Shown: positions 26,255 through 35,734 of the stretch, one piece after another
Position numbering within the stretch: the stretch's first letter is position 1
Layout: each line of letters opens with the position of its first letter
Assembly (NCBI GenBank): GCA_035552155.1
Contig: DASZLX010000032.1
Location: 44,903 to 108,902, forward strand
DNA length: 64,000 bases
Origin: Verrucomicrobiia bacterium
GTDB taxonomy: Bacteria > Verrucomicrobiota > Verrucomicrobiia > Limisphaerales > DASXHY01
Direction of reading: 5' to 3'
Notes under the pieces: model-generated
The model's input: the letters and a program-made list of their open reading frames with translations, nothing else
The model's database searches: none
What the model was told of the DNA's origin: nothing
Program-made: the position numbers and the translations under genes

Positions 26255-28849
26255 ATGGCAGTCGCAGGTTCGCCCCGGCCACGCGTCGTTGTTGATGGCA
26301 AGTTTTTCCGGCTGGGCGGCAAAAAATTTTACGTCAAAGGCATCGCGTATGGGCCGCTCCCGCCCAATGCGCAAGGCCAGCCTTTTGCGTCCCCGGAACA
26401 AACCGCGCTGGACCTGGATCAAATCCGCGAGCTGGGCGCCAATGTTCTCCGGGTTTATCACCTGCCGCCGCGCTGGTTTCTCGACATGGCGGACAGCCGC
26501 GAGCTGAAGGTGCTGGTGGACATTCCGTGGAACAAGCATCTGAGTTTCGATACCGCCGCGCGCCGGGCGGAGGCGCGCGAAGCCGTGCGCAATGCGGTCG
26601 CGACCTGTTCGCGCCATCCGGCGGTGTTCGCGTTCAGCATCGCGAATGAAATTCCGCCGGACATCATTCGCTGGACCGGCGCGAAGGCGGCGGCGAATTT
26701 CATCGATGAACTGGTATTCGAGGCGCGCCGCGTGGATCCCGATTGCCTGTGCACCTACAGTAATTTTCCTTCGACGGAATTTCTGCGCCCGCGCGCGGTG
26801 GATTTTGTCACCTTCAACGTGTACCTGCACCAGGAGCTGGCCTTCAAAAATTACCTGGCGCGGCTGCAGATGATGGCGGACAACAAACCGCTGGTGCTCG
26901 GCGAATTCGGCATCGATTCGCTGCGGGAAGGCGCGGCGCGCCAGTCCGAAATGTTATCCTGGCAGATCGAGGACTCGTTTCGCGCCGGGCTGGCGGGCAC
27001 GGTAGTTTTCACCTTCACTGACGAATGGTTCCGGGACAACCGTGTGGTGGAAGACTGGAAAATGGGGCTCGTCTCGAACGACCGCGGGCCGAAGGAATCT
27101 TTTTCGGGGGTGAAAAGGATGTTCCACGCTGCGCCGTATTTTCCACTGGCCAATTATCCGAAAGTTTCCGTCGTAGTCGCGAGCTACAATGGCGCGCGCA
27201 CGCTGAAGCAGTGCCTGGAATCGTTGCAACGGCTGAATTATCCCGATTACGAAATTATTCTCGTGGATGACGGCTCGACGGATGCGACGCAAAAGATCGC
27301 TTCTGAGGTGGAGCGTGCTTCACCGGGGGCGACGGTGCCGGATGAATCCGGACGGCGTGCGCGGAGCGGCGCGCCCTACCCGCCGTTCATTAACATTCGC
27401 CATGAAAAGAATTTTGGACTGTCGATTGCGCGGAACACAGGCATTGCGGCAGCCACCGGCGAAATCGTCGCCTTCACCGATTCTGACTGCCGCGCGGATG
27501 AGGACTGGCTTTATTATCTCGTGGGCAGCCTGGCGGGGAGCGAATTTGTGGGTGTGGGCGGCCCAAACCTGTTGCCGCCGGAGGATTCACGGGTGGCGGC
27601 GGCAGTGATGGTTTCGCCGGGCGGCCCGGCGCATGTGATGCTGACCGACCGCGAGGCGGAGCACATTCCCGGCTGCAACATGGCGTTTTACAAACGCGCG
27701 CTGGAGGAAATCGGCGGGTTCGATCCGATTTTTATGAAAGCGGGCGACGACGTGGACGTGTGCTGGCGCCTGCAACAGGCGGGTTGCAAGATAGGATTCA
27801 GTCCCTCGGCATTTGTCTGGCACTACCGGCGCTCGACGATGGGCGCGTATTTGAAACAGCAGGAGGGTTACGGCGAAGCCGAGGCGTTGCTGGTGCGCAA
27901 ACATCCGGAAAACTTCAATTCCTTCGGCGGCGGCATCTGGCAGGGACGGATTTACGCGTCGTCCAAGTACGGCGTCGAGTTGCGCGCGCCGGTAATTTAT
28001 CACGGCCTGTTCGGCAGCGCGGGATTTCAGAAGATATACGCGCCCGAGCCCTCCGGGACGCTGATGTTTTGCACGACCCTGGAGTATCATTTATTCGTCA
28101 CCATTCCCTTGTGGATTTTGACGGGAATATTTCATTATCTGCTGCCGCTCGCCATTGCGGGGCTTTTGATTCCAGCGGGTGTCTGCGCGCTGGCGGGGGC
28201 GCAGGCCGAATTGCCGGCGAGCAAAATCAGGTGGTGGTCGCGCCCGCTGGTGGCGCTGCTCTTTTTTTTGCAGCCGATTGTTCGCGGCGTGGCGCGTTAC
28301 CAGGGACGGCTGGCTCAGCGGCCGTTGGAATTGGCGGCGCAGGAATCGCTGGATTCAGTGGCGCTGTTCCATGGCGGCAAACCGTTGAACGAAGTGCAGT
28401 ATTGGGCGGGCCAGCGAATCGACCGGCTGGATTTTGTGGCCGCGATTTTCCGGCGGCTGCAGGAGCGCGGCTGGCCGAACAAATCGGACGTGGGCTGGAG
28501 CGATTACGATGTGGAAATCAACGGCAGTCGCTGGAGCCATTTGCTGCTGACCACGGTGGTGGAAGACCACCCGCAGGGACGCCGCCTGGTGCGCTGCCGA
28601 TTGCGCGCCATCTGGTCGTTCCAGGCGAAAGTCAATTTTTGGGCGTTGCTGGGATTGGAATTTTTGTTTATCGGGCTGATGGGCTTTGAGCGAGTCTGGC
28701 CGTGGTTCGTGCTGCTGACGTTGCCGGTCTTCGGATGGTTTGTTCAGCGTCAGCGGCGCAAAGTTCAAAGCGTGGTGACTGTTTTCCTGGATCAACTCGC
28801 CAAGGAATTGGGCCTTACGAAAATCCACCCGGATTCAGACGGTCATTGA
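26255..28849 (+). CDS. trimodular protein: N-terminal glycoside-hydrolase-like TIM barrel, GT2 glycosyltransferase, C-terminal membrane domain
   Basis: N-terminus FYVKGIAYGP...LGANVLRVYH...NEIP is GH-like. VSVVVASYNGA...ILVDDGSTD...FTDSDC...GCNMAF is GT2. Hydrophobic helices follow after about aa 590. Confidence 0.8.
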   Translation: MAVAGSPRPRVVVDGKFFRLGGKKFYVKGIAYGPLPPNAQGQPFASPEQTALDLDQIRELGANVLRVYHLPPRWFLDMADSRELKVLVDIPWNKHLSFDTAARRAEAREAVRNAVATCSRHPAVFAFSIANEIPPDIIRWTGAKAAANFIDELVFEARRVDPDCLCTYSNFPSTEFLRPRAVDFVTFNVYLHQELAFKNYLARLQMMADNKPLVLGEFGIDSLREGAARQSEMLSWQIEDSFRAGLAGTVVFTFTDEWFRDNRVVEDWKMGLVSNDRGPKESFSGVKRMFHAAPYFPLANYPKVSVVVASYNGARTLKQCLESLQRLNYPDYEIILVDDGSTDATQKIASEVERASPGATVPDESGRRARSGAPYPPFINIRHEKNFGLSIARNTGIAAATGEIVAFTDSDCRADEDWLYYLVGSLAGSEFVGVGGPNLLPPEDSRVAAAVMVSPGGPAHVMLTDREAEHIPGCNMAFYKRALEEIGGFDPIFMKAGDDVDVCWRLQQAGCKIGFSPSAFVWHYRRSTMGAYLKQQEGYGEAEALLVRKHPENFNSFGGGIWQGRIYASSKYGVELRAPVIYHGLFGSAGFQKIYAPEPSGTLMFCTTLEYHLFVTIPLWILTGIFHYLLPLAIAGLLIPAGVCALAGAQAELPASKIRWWSRPLVALLFFLQPIVRGVARYQGRLAQRPLELAAQESLDSVALFHGGKPLNEVQYWAGQRIDRLDFVAAIFRRLQERGWPNKSDVGWSDYDVEINGSRWSHLLLTTVVEDHPQGRRLVRCRLRAIWSFQAKVNFWALLGLEFLFIGLMGFERVWPWFVLLTLPVFGWFVQRQRRKVQSVVTVFLDQLAKELGLTKIHPDSDGH
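27350..27380. repeat. REP-like sequence embedded in-frame in the GT2 domain
   Basis: ggacggcgtgcgcggagcggcgcgccctacc resembles the REP at 11929-11958 and encodes ...GRRARSGAPYP... between the DDGSTD and NFGLSIARN blocks. Confidence 0.5.
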
Positions 28850-30424
28850 TTGGTCATCAGGCGAAAAAACTCCATCGGCTCGGAGAGCGGATTCGTGTAG
28901 GGATTGGCCGGGCTCGGGACGGTGAGGAACGGCCCTTGAAGCGATGTTGCAGACTGGAGCAGGTAGCCGGGATTCGTCCACGAAAGCACCGCTTCATTTC
29001 CCATAATTCCAATATTCAAAGAGGGTGGCGAGGGCAGCAGAGTTACGGTGAACGTGTGATTCGTCTGCTGGGCCGCCGCGTGGATCAAAACATCTTCCGC
29101 CTGCAGCTCCGCTTCGCGGTCCGACATATCCGTAATGTAAGGATTCACGCCGGCATTCGTGGGCCAACGGGCATTGGCGTAGGATTCGTATCTTTCGATC
29201 AGCAAATTCTCGCCCGGATGCGCATCGGACGAGGCATCCGAGCGGGACACATCGAGCATGTCGCACATGAGACCCAGAATCTCTTTCTTCTGCGCCCAAA
29301 ACGGCCCGCTGTAGTTGGTAAAATTATTGTACCCCGCGGCTAATTGAGCGGATGACACCGTGACCGCGTTGCTGCCGTCCATGTTGAGCGCGTAGTTTCC
29401 CGCCGGAAGATTCGTGATTCTCAGAATTTCGCAGAATTGATTGCCGACCGAAGGCATCAATGTGAAAGCGCCGCGACAGTCGTTCGTGATTTCGCCGTCC
29501 GGAACATAAAACCCGGGCGCCATGCGATCCGCGCGGAAGGTAAATGTGATGCTGTTCCCGTTGTGGGACAGGCCGGTGACATTGCAATGATTCGTGGACG
29601 ACACAATCGCTCCATTGAAATCAATGACGGCCGTGTACGTATTGGTATCCACGCCCAGGCTCCTCAACGTGGTCAAAGTCCAAAGCAACTGCAGTTCATT
29701 TGCCGGATGATCGAAGGCCGGGGCGTTGAACCAAAGGTTGGGGCCGTTGAAATAGGCGTTGGTGACGACACCCAGGAGATTGGACCAGGTATCCACAAAG
29801 GGAACGCCGTCCTCCCAGGCCGCGCTGCGTCCGCCGTAGGAATAATCGCGAGCGCCCGGATCGCCATCCGGCGCGTGGTAGGGAATGTCTCCGATCACCA
29901 CGCTTTGAAACAGAGCTGGGGCGTTCGGCTGGGACCAGTCGTTGGTGAGAACTCCGAAACGATTATAGGTGTTGGTGGGATATTGGAGCAGGCCTTTGAA
30001 AAAACCGTAAATCGAATTGGAATCGTAGGGCCCGTCCATGTCGTAGCTGCCATTGTCGCTTACGTAGAAAAAATTCAAGCTGTTGGTCCTTCCCTGGCAC
30101 GCGCCGGCGTCCGGGATGCCGTACATGGGCTCGCGGTCGGTGAGCATTTCGAGATTGGAAGCCCCGCTCCGGCTGTGATCGCGATAAGACACAAAATACT
30201 GCGGGTAATAATTGATAAAAAAACTGCCGAGGAAAAAATTCTGCCGCTGTCCGAATTGCGCCCGGGCAAAGGAGTCGGACCAGGTGGTGACCATCGTGTC
30301 ATTGGTGAGGACCAAATCGGCCGAGGCGGGCAAAGTGAATAGGAGCGCTGCTGCCGAAAGAATCGAAAACGGCAGTCTGCGGAAGAGACGGGAAATGAGC
30401 CCCTTCTTATTCACTACGCCAATA
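28843..30424 (-). CDS. secreted hypothetical protein with C-terminal FFRL-ending module
   Basis: GTG start chosen just before the signal peptide KKGLISRLFRRLPFSILSAAALLFTLPASA; the longer track ORF would overlap the upstream gene. Weak SGNH-like blocks, not confirmed. The 3' end overlaps the convergent GT gene by 7 nt. Confidence 0.6.
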
Positions 30425-30470
30425 TGCCCACATTTCACAGGAGAGTAAATGCGCAGGTGCCGAAAATCGG

Positions 30471-31544
30471 TCAGCGCGTTTTCGTGAACAGAAAATTCCA
30501 AATGCCGTCCCAATTTAACAAAAATTTTCCAACGGGAGTTCGCAGGACGGAGGAAAACATCAACCATTGCAAACGCCGCGCCCACGCCAGGCGCTCGGCG
30601 AAGGCGGCGTCACACGCGCGCGCGATGGTCTCGCGGGCTTCCGCCCAGGCGATTTCGCCGCGGCTGTAGCGGGCCAGGGGGGCAATGGAGAGTTCGGCGG
30701 ATTCAAAGGCCATGGACATGCCGTTGCCGGTGACGGGCGGAATCATGGTGATGGAGTCGCCGATGCAACATTCGGTTTTATCCGCGGCGCGCCGGGGTTT
30801 CAGCGAAAGCCCGGCCACGGAGCAAAGCGAGGTTTTGTCAAAGCGCGCGGATGCCAGTCGCTCGTGCAGCGGTGTCCCGGGTTTACCGTGAAGCAAATCA
30901 AAGCCCGCCTCGGACGCTTCGCCGGCACGCTGGCGGAAAAGTCCGCAGATGTTCACTTCGCCACGGTCGATTCGATTGACGCCAATGTAATGGCTGGCCG
31001 AGATGTGCATTTCGAGGTCGGCCGCGAGGTCCACGTTCGTGGCGTGGGCTTTGAGGCCGAACCAGCGCCAGCCGTTTTCGGTGGGTTGCGGACGGCGACC
31101 GGCGGCGCGCACGACGCCGTCAGAAAATGCTTCAGGTCCGGCGCCGCTGGAATCCGCCGGAACTCCAAAGGGATTGCGGCGAGAGCCGGTGTGCAACTCG
31201 CCGCCGAGCCGTTGGAATTCCTCCGCGAGCGTTGCGTCCAGGCGGTAGCGGGACAGGCCGAGAGCGGGAGAGGGCATCTGGCGGACGGGTGAGCGATTCG
31301 TCCCGGAAACAAAAGCGGCACTGCTCAGACTGACGGCGCCGGCCTGGTCGAGCAATGTCCGCAAGCCGAGCCGCTGCAATACGGCGAGGCCATTACCGCT
31401 GATGAATTCGCCACAGACGCGATGTCGCGGGTAATCGCCTGCTTCCCACACCGCAGCGGGGATGCCGCGCTGGCGCAGGCCAATCCCCAGCGTTAGACCG
31501 GCCAATCCGCCGCCGACGATGGTGATGGGCTTGGGTGAAGCCAT
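30471..31544 (-). CDS. FAD-dependent oxidoreductase / flavoprotein monooxygenase-like
   Basis: Internal ATG gives MASPKPITIVGGGLAGLTLGIGL (a GxGxxG dinucleotide fold). It starts 1 nt after the methyltransferase stop. Confidence 0.8.
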   Translation of the reverse strand: MASPKPITIVGGGLAGLTLGIGLRQRGIPAAVWEAGDYPRHRVCGEFISGNGLAVLQRLGLRTLLDQAGAVSLSSAAFVSGTNRSPVRQMPSPALGLSRYRLDATLAEEFQRLGGELHTGSRRNPFGVPADSSGAGPEAFSDGVVRAAGRRPQPTENGWRWFGLKAHATNVDLAADLEMHISASHYIGVNRIDRGEVNICGLFRQRAGEASEAGFDLLHGKPGTPLHERLASARFDKTSLCSVAGLSLKPRRAADKTECCIGDSITMIPPVTGNGMSMAFESAELSIAPLARYSRGEIAWAEARETIARACDAAFAERLAWARRLQWLMFSSVLRTPVGKFLLNWDGIWNFLFTKTR

Positions 31545-31545
31545 A

Positions 31546-32241
31546 TCAAGTTTTGCGTCGCGCGATAAATAAATGGCTGAACAGCCCAGCGCGGCGTTCG
31601 AGCAATTCCCAGGGGCTATTCGCGGGCCAGAGCGCGGAAAGTTCGCGGCGGTTGAAGCCGGCCTGGACGCTAATGGGCGCGTCATGGCAGGCGACCGGCC
31701 CGCAACCGATGAGCGAGAGGCAGCGGGCGAAGAATAAAGACCACCGGCCGCGCCGTGGTTCCACCGCGATGAATGCCCGGGTCTTTTTTTCGGCGGCGGA
31801 AAACAGGCGGGACAATTGCGCGTCGGTGAAGTGATGCAGGACTAGATTGGCGAGAATAACATCGGTATCGCCCGTAGCGGGATCGGCCATCCATTGAAAA
31901 ATATCGCCTTTCACCGAGCGGACCGTCCAGTTGAGCGCGGCGAAATCGGCTTTGGTTTGAGGGCGAAGCAGGTCCTGCAAATCGACGAAGGTGACATTCA
32001 CATCGCGCCACGCGCGCGGCAGCCGGGGGGCGATGCGCAGGAGGATTTCGCCGTCGCCCGCGCCGATTTCCAGGATGCGCGAGGGCGATTGGTGGGGAAA
32101 AATTTTCTTGAGCGCGCGGGTGAGGATGCCGGAGTGACCCATCAGCGTGTTAATGCGGCGCAGGTCGCGGCGGGTTTGGATGGCCGCCGGGTGATGGGCC
32201 GGCAATTCATCCACCAGTTCAGGCTGAAGACTGCGGATCAC
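31546..32241 (-). CDS. class I SAM-dependent methyltransferase
   Basis: Motif I ILEIGAGDGEILL. The GTG start directly abuts the PKS stop codon. Confidence 0.8.
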   Translation of the reverse strand: MIRSLQPELVDELPAHHPAAIQTRRDLRRINTLMGHSGILTRALKKIFPHQSPSRILEIGAGDGEILLRIAPRLPRAWRDVNVTFVDLQDLLRPQTKADFAALNWTVRSVKGDIFQWMADPATGDTDVILANLVLHHFTDAQLSRLFSAAEKKTRAFIAVEPRRGRWSLFFARCLSLIGCGPVACHDAPISVQAGFNRRELSALWPANSPWELLERRAGLFSHLFIARRKT

Positions 32242-33297
32242 TCAGCCCACCTCCAGCAGTGCGCCGTGGCAACTGAAACCGGCGCCGAACGAACTCATCC
32301 ACCAAAGGCCGGGCGGGACGCTGTCGTTCAGCGCGTTTTGCAAAACGAAATAGATCGACGGACTGCTCACGTTGCCGTATTCGCGCAGCACGGCTTCGCT
32401 CCAGCGCACGTCGCGGTCGCTCAGGCCCAACGCATCGCGCAGGGCGGCGAGCACATCACGCCCACCGGGATGCAGGACCCAGCCGGCGACCTGCGAGCGG
32501 TCCACGTTCGCGCGCGCGAGGGTATCGGCAAACAATTTGCCGACGTGTTGCGCGGCCAGGGCGGGCACCTGTGGGGCGAGAATGTTGCGGAGCATCCCGC
32601 TTTTTTGTTCGAACCGCAGAAACTCGCGGTCGGCCGGCACGGTCAATGAGCCGCCGATTTTCCATTTCACGGAGCGATTGGCGCCTGGTTCATTGGCAAG
32701 CACCGCGGCGCCGGCGCCGTCGCCGAAAAGACAGGCGCTGATCAAGACGCCGATATCGTCGTCCAAATAAAATGCCGCGCTGCAGATCTCGACGCACACC
32801 GACAACACGCGGCCGGCGCGGCCGGCAGCGAGCAGGGCATCCGCCACGCGCAAATTCGGCAGGGCCGCGCCGCAGCCTTGCCCAACGAGATCGAAAGTCA
32901 TCGCGTCCTTGCGCAGGCCGAGCCGCTCACCGACGTAGCTCGTGAGGCCGGGACACAAATATCCGGTGCAGGTGCTGACGACGATGGCGTCGATGTCCGC
33001 GGGTTTTATTTGAGCGTCGGCAAAGGCGCGTTCGGCGGCTTGCGCGGCGAGCAGCGGGGCGTTTTGGGAGAAGCGCGCGTGCAGGGCATCGGGCGTGAGG
33101 TCGAAGGCTTGGTTGAGATTCTCCAATGATAAATGGCGCGTGGTAATGCCATTGGCGCCGGAGAGGACTTTTTTCAGAATGGCGCGGGAGCGGGGAGTAA
33201 GCTCGCGAAAGCGGGTGGAATTCTGGAGCGCGTCCCAGCATTGCGCTTGTGTGTAGCAGTGCGAGGGCGCGGCGGTGCCAAGTCCGGTGATGTACAT
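32242..33297 (-). CDS. type III polyketide synthase (chalcone/stilbene synthase superfamily)
   Basis: Cys-His-Asn triad contexts VVSTCTGYLCPG, WVLHPGGRDV and EYGNVSSPSIYF. 351 aa. Confidence 0.9.
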   Translation of the reverse strand: MYITGLGTAAPSHCYTQAQCWDALQNSTRFRELTPRSRAILKKVLSGANGITTRHLSLENLNQAFDLTPDALHARFSQNAPLLAAQAAERAFADAQIKPADIDAIVVSTCTGYLCPGLTSYVGERLGLRKDAMTFDLVGQGCGAALPNLRVADALLAAGRAGRVLSVCVEICSAAFYLDDDIGVLISACLFGDGAGAAVLANEPGANRSVKWKIGGSLTVPADREFLRFEQKSGMLRNILAPQVPALAAQHVGKLFADTLARANVDRSQVAGWVLHPGGRDVLAALRDALGLSDRDVRWSEAVLREYGNVSSPSIYFVLQNALNDSVPPGLWWMSSFGAGFSCHGALLEVG

Positions 33298-33505
33298 TAT
33301 GCCAGAGGGTAGCGCGGTTAAACGGTTTGCGCCACTGGGATAAGACGGGCGGCGGGAGTCCTTTGTTCCGGGCTCTTTTTGGGAGTTCCTGCCGGGCGAG
33401 ACAAGTAACTTGCCAAGAGGAAAAATAGAGTTTTAGATTCATCCGTGAATAAGGAAGAGGCCGAACTTTCATTTGGGCTAATACAATGTTAGGCGGCGTT
33501 ACGCT

Positions 33506-33898
33506 ATGAGTGCTTGGAGACGAGTTGCGATTGAGAAGATTCCAAAACAGAAGGCGCTGATTACCAAGAGTGAGAGCGTCGGCATGTTGTGGGTTGACCT
33601 TTGGTTTGTGTTTCTCAAGGCTCACCACGAGCCGGTTGATGAGGCGACCATTCGCGGTGTTTATGAGTTTGCCAAGTGGACGTGTGCGGAATCTCGCGAT
33701 GCAGAGATGGCTACTTCGACCTGTTGCCATTTTTACGAGCACTTGCCACTTGAGCAATCGGTTAGAGAGCGGTTGCCTCGGTTTATGTCGCGTCAGGAGG
33801 TTTTGGGATTGTCGGAGATTTTTAAGTATCACATGAGCGAAGCCGAGCACCGGGAGTTCATGCAAGAGTTTGCCGGAGCGCACAAGAATTTGCGATGA
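33506..33898 (+). CDS. hypothetical protein
   Basis: 130-aa ORF in a visibly AT-richer stretch; helical-looking; no motif recognised. Confidence 0.5.
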   Translation: MSAWRRVAIEKIPKQKALITKSESVGMLWVDLWFVFLKAHHEPVDEATIRGVYEFAKWTCAESRDAEMATSTCCHFYEHLPLEQSVRERLPRFMSRQEVLGLSEIFKYHMSEAEHREFMQEFAGAHKNLR

Positions 33899-34036
33899 GC
33901 ATGCTGCTTACCACCGCGCGCAGCCAGCGGTCGCCGCGCCTTGAGTTTCGACCTTGATATGAAATGGGATTGTCATCATTGCATTTCGGAGTCACGCTCC
34001 GGTGGCAGCGGCTCAGTTTTGGATCGTTAGGCGTTT

Positions 34037-34390
34037 ATGCGCGTATTCTCAATCGCGGACGGATTGCTCTTGCTGTTGAACGGCTGCAGTAGCAAGCCCT
34101 ACAACGAGCGTTACGTTGCCAGTTGCCCAAACCTTGATACGAAGACCCGCGAAGCGATCCTGCAGCATCGAGTCATTTCGGGCATGTCTATAGAAGAGGC
34201 TATCGCCGCTACCGCCGATAATCGGCAACCTTACGCTTACGCGGCGAATCCCGACAATAGTTTGATTGACATAAATTTTTGGACTTGCACGCAATTTGAC
34301 ACAACGAATCTTGTTGGATTTAAGGTCGTTTTCGCGAATGGCAGAGCAACCAGTATTACGCGACTACCGAAATGGAAAGACACACGATAA
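34037..34390 (+). CDS. putative lipoprotein
   Basis: Lipobox-like LLLLNGCSS near the N-terminus; 117 aa. Confidence 0.55.
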   Translation: MRVFSIADGLLLLLNGCSSKPYNERYVASCPNLDTKTREAILQHRVISGMSIEEAIAATADNRQPYAYAANPDNSLIDINFWTCTQFDTTNLVGFKVVFANGRATSITRLPKWKDTR

Positions 34391-34505
34391 TTCCGCCTGA
34401 AAAATCGCTGCGGCCAACGCGGGGCGACGCTCTGGGTTCATCGAGAAGTCGCGGGCAATGTATGTTGCAGTTTCCGCGTGGCTCAGTTCTTGGCCGTCAG
34501 GCGGC

Positions 34506-35018
34506 ATGAAAAAAACCTCCCGAAAAGTTCTGGTAGTGTTGCTTGCCGCTGTGGTGCTCTTGGGCATTCTCGGCGCCGGGTTCCTGGCTAAACCGAGCAA
34601 CCCGGCTTTGTCGGTCGGCTATGTGGGAACCATTGATGGCAAGGGTCATTGGAAATTGCGCTTCGCGGTAACGAATGTCGGGAACACGACCGTGCTTACG
34701 TCCGGGTTCGGAGAGATCGAGGTGCTCAACCACACGAATGTACTGTTGGTGGGTGTGACTGCTCCACTGACCCGGCTCGCTCCGGGACAGGGACACATTG
34801 TCGATGCAGTGTTGTCGGAGGCGCAGATGAAGTCCATCGACGGGAAGTGGCGCTTCACTTGCCGTAGCGGCGGCGATGGATGGCGATCACGCATTTATCG
34901 CTGGCAGTGGACGCCGAACGGCCCGGGCAGCCGTGTCAACTGGCTTATCCCAAGCCAGCTGAAAGGCATGCCTTTGACAGTGAAAAGTACGAGTGATTGG
35001 ATTGAGCCGGCGAAATGA
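34506..35018 (+). CDS. membrane-anchored hypothetical protein
   Basis: The internal ATG gives MKKTSRKVLVVLLAAVVLLGILGAGFL as a signal anchor; the rest looks beta-rich. Confidence 0.55.
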   Translation: MKKTSRKVLVVLLAAVVLLGILGAGFLAKPSNPALSVGYVGTIDGKGHWKLRFAVTNVGNTTVLTSGFGEIEVLNHTNVLLVGVTAPLTRLAPGQGHIVDAVLSEAQMKSIDGKWRFTCRSGGDGWRSRIYRWQWTPNGPGSRVNWLIPSQLKGMPLTVKSTSDWIEPAK

Positions 35019-35054
35019 GCTTCCAATCCCCAAACCGTGCGTGCGCGGAAAATT

Positions 35055-35080
35055 AGAGCCTCCTCACGTCGGCTCCTACG
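35055..35080. repeat. dispersed 26-nt repeat, family 2
   Basis: agagcctcctcacgtcggctcctacg; one substitution relative to 11066-11091. Confidence 0.8.
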
Positions 35081-35083
35081 GTA

Positions 35084-35734
35084 CTATGAGGCGGATGAGG
35101 GGTAAGCTCCATTGGAGGCACTGAGGCGATTGGCGCCGGCGGCCAGCAGGGCGAGAGCGGTTTTGCTGTCGAGAATCTCTTCGCCGGCTTTCACGCCGAA
35201 TTGAGGACCCACCGCTTCGCGGCATAATTTTATGTCCTCGATTTTAGCGGAGGCGACATAACGCGCGGAAACAAAATGGGCTCCGGAATCAAGAACGAGC
35301 TGGCAGGCGAGAAGAATTTCCTCGCGCGTCAAAAGGGAAGGCCGGATTTCAACTTTGACGATGCGTTCGTCCGCGGCTTCGGCGACGTCCCGCAATTCCC
35401 GCAGGACGTATTTGCCATCGCCGTCTTTCAGCCGGCCGATGTTCATGCAGACTTCGATTTCCTGGGCGCCGTAATCGACGGCGACTTCCGTTTCGTAGCG
35501 TTTGACGTCGCTGTCTTCCGCGCCGGAGAGGCCGACCAGGGCGGTGGTTTTTACCGGTGTTTCATCGAGCAGTGACACGGCAAGTTCGACGCGCGAAGTG
35601 GGGACGCAAATGCCATGTAGATTTTGCTCCAACGCTTTGCGGCAGGCCTCCTGAACGTCTTTTGCGGTGGCATTGAGCCTCCAAAGAGGAAGCTCAATGA
35701 GTCGCGGTAATTCCGATAGCGGAACGTCACTCAC
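35084..35734 (-). CDS. DeoC/LacD-family aldolase (deoxyribose-phosphate aldolase-like)
   Basis: [17 protein letters not shown] and GVKAGEEI...AGANRLSAS resemble DeoC blocks. GTG start in a GTGA overlap with the mdh stop; the longer track ORF would overlap mdh. Confidence 0.65.
   Translation of the reverse strand: MSDVPLSELPRLIELPLWRLNATAKDVQEACRKALEQNLHGICVPTSRVELAVSLLDETPVKTTALVGLSGAEDSDVKRYETEVAVDYGAQEIEVCMNIGRLKDGDGKYVLRELRDVAEAADERIVKVEIRPSLLTREEILLACQLVLDSGAHFVSARYVASAKIEDIKLCREAVGPQFGVKAGEEILDSKTALALLAAGANRLSASNGAYPSSAS

Noticed and set aside
32927-33883. 318-aa minus-strand ORF spanning the PKS 5' end and the upstream intergenic region
   Set aside because: It overlaps the well-supported PKS in another frame and runs through AT-richer DNA antisense to the 130-aa ORF. 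The product is basic and low-complexity.
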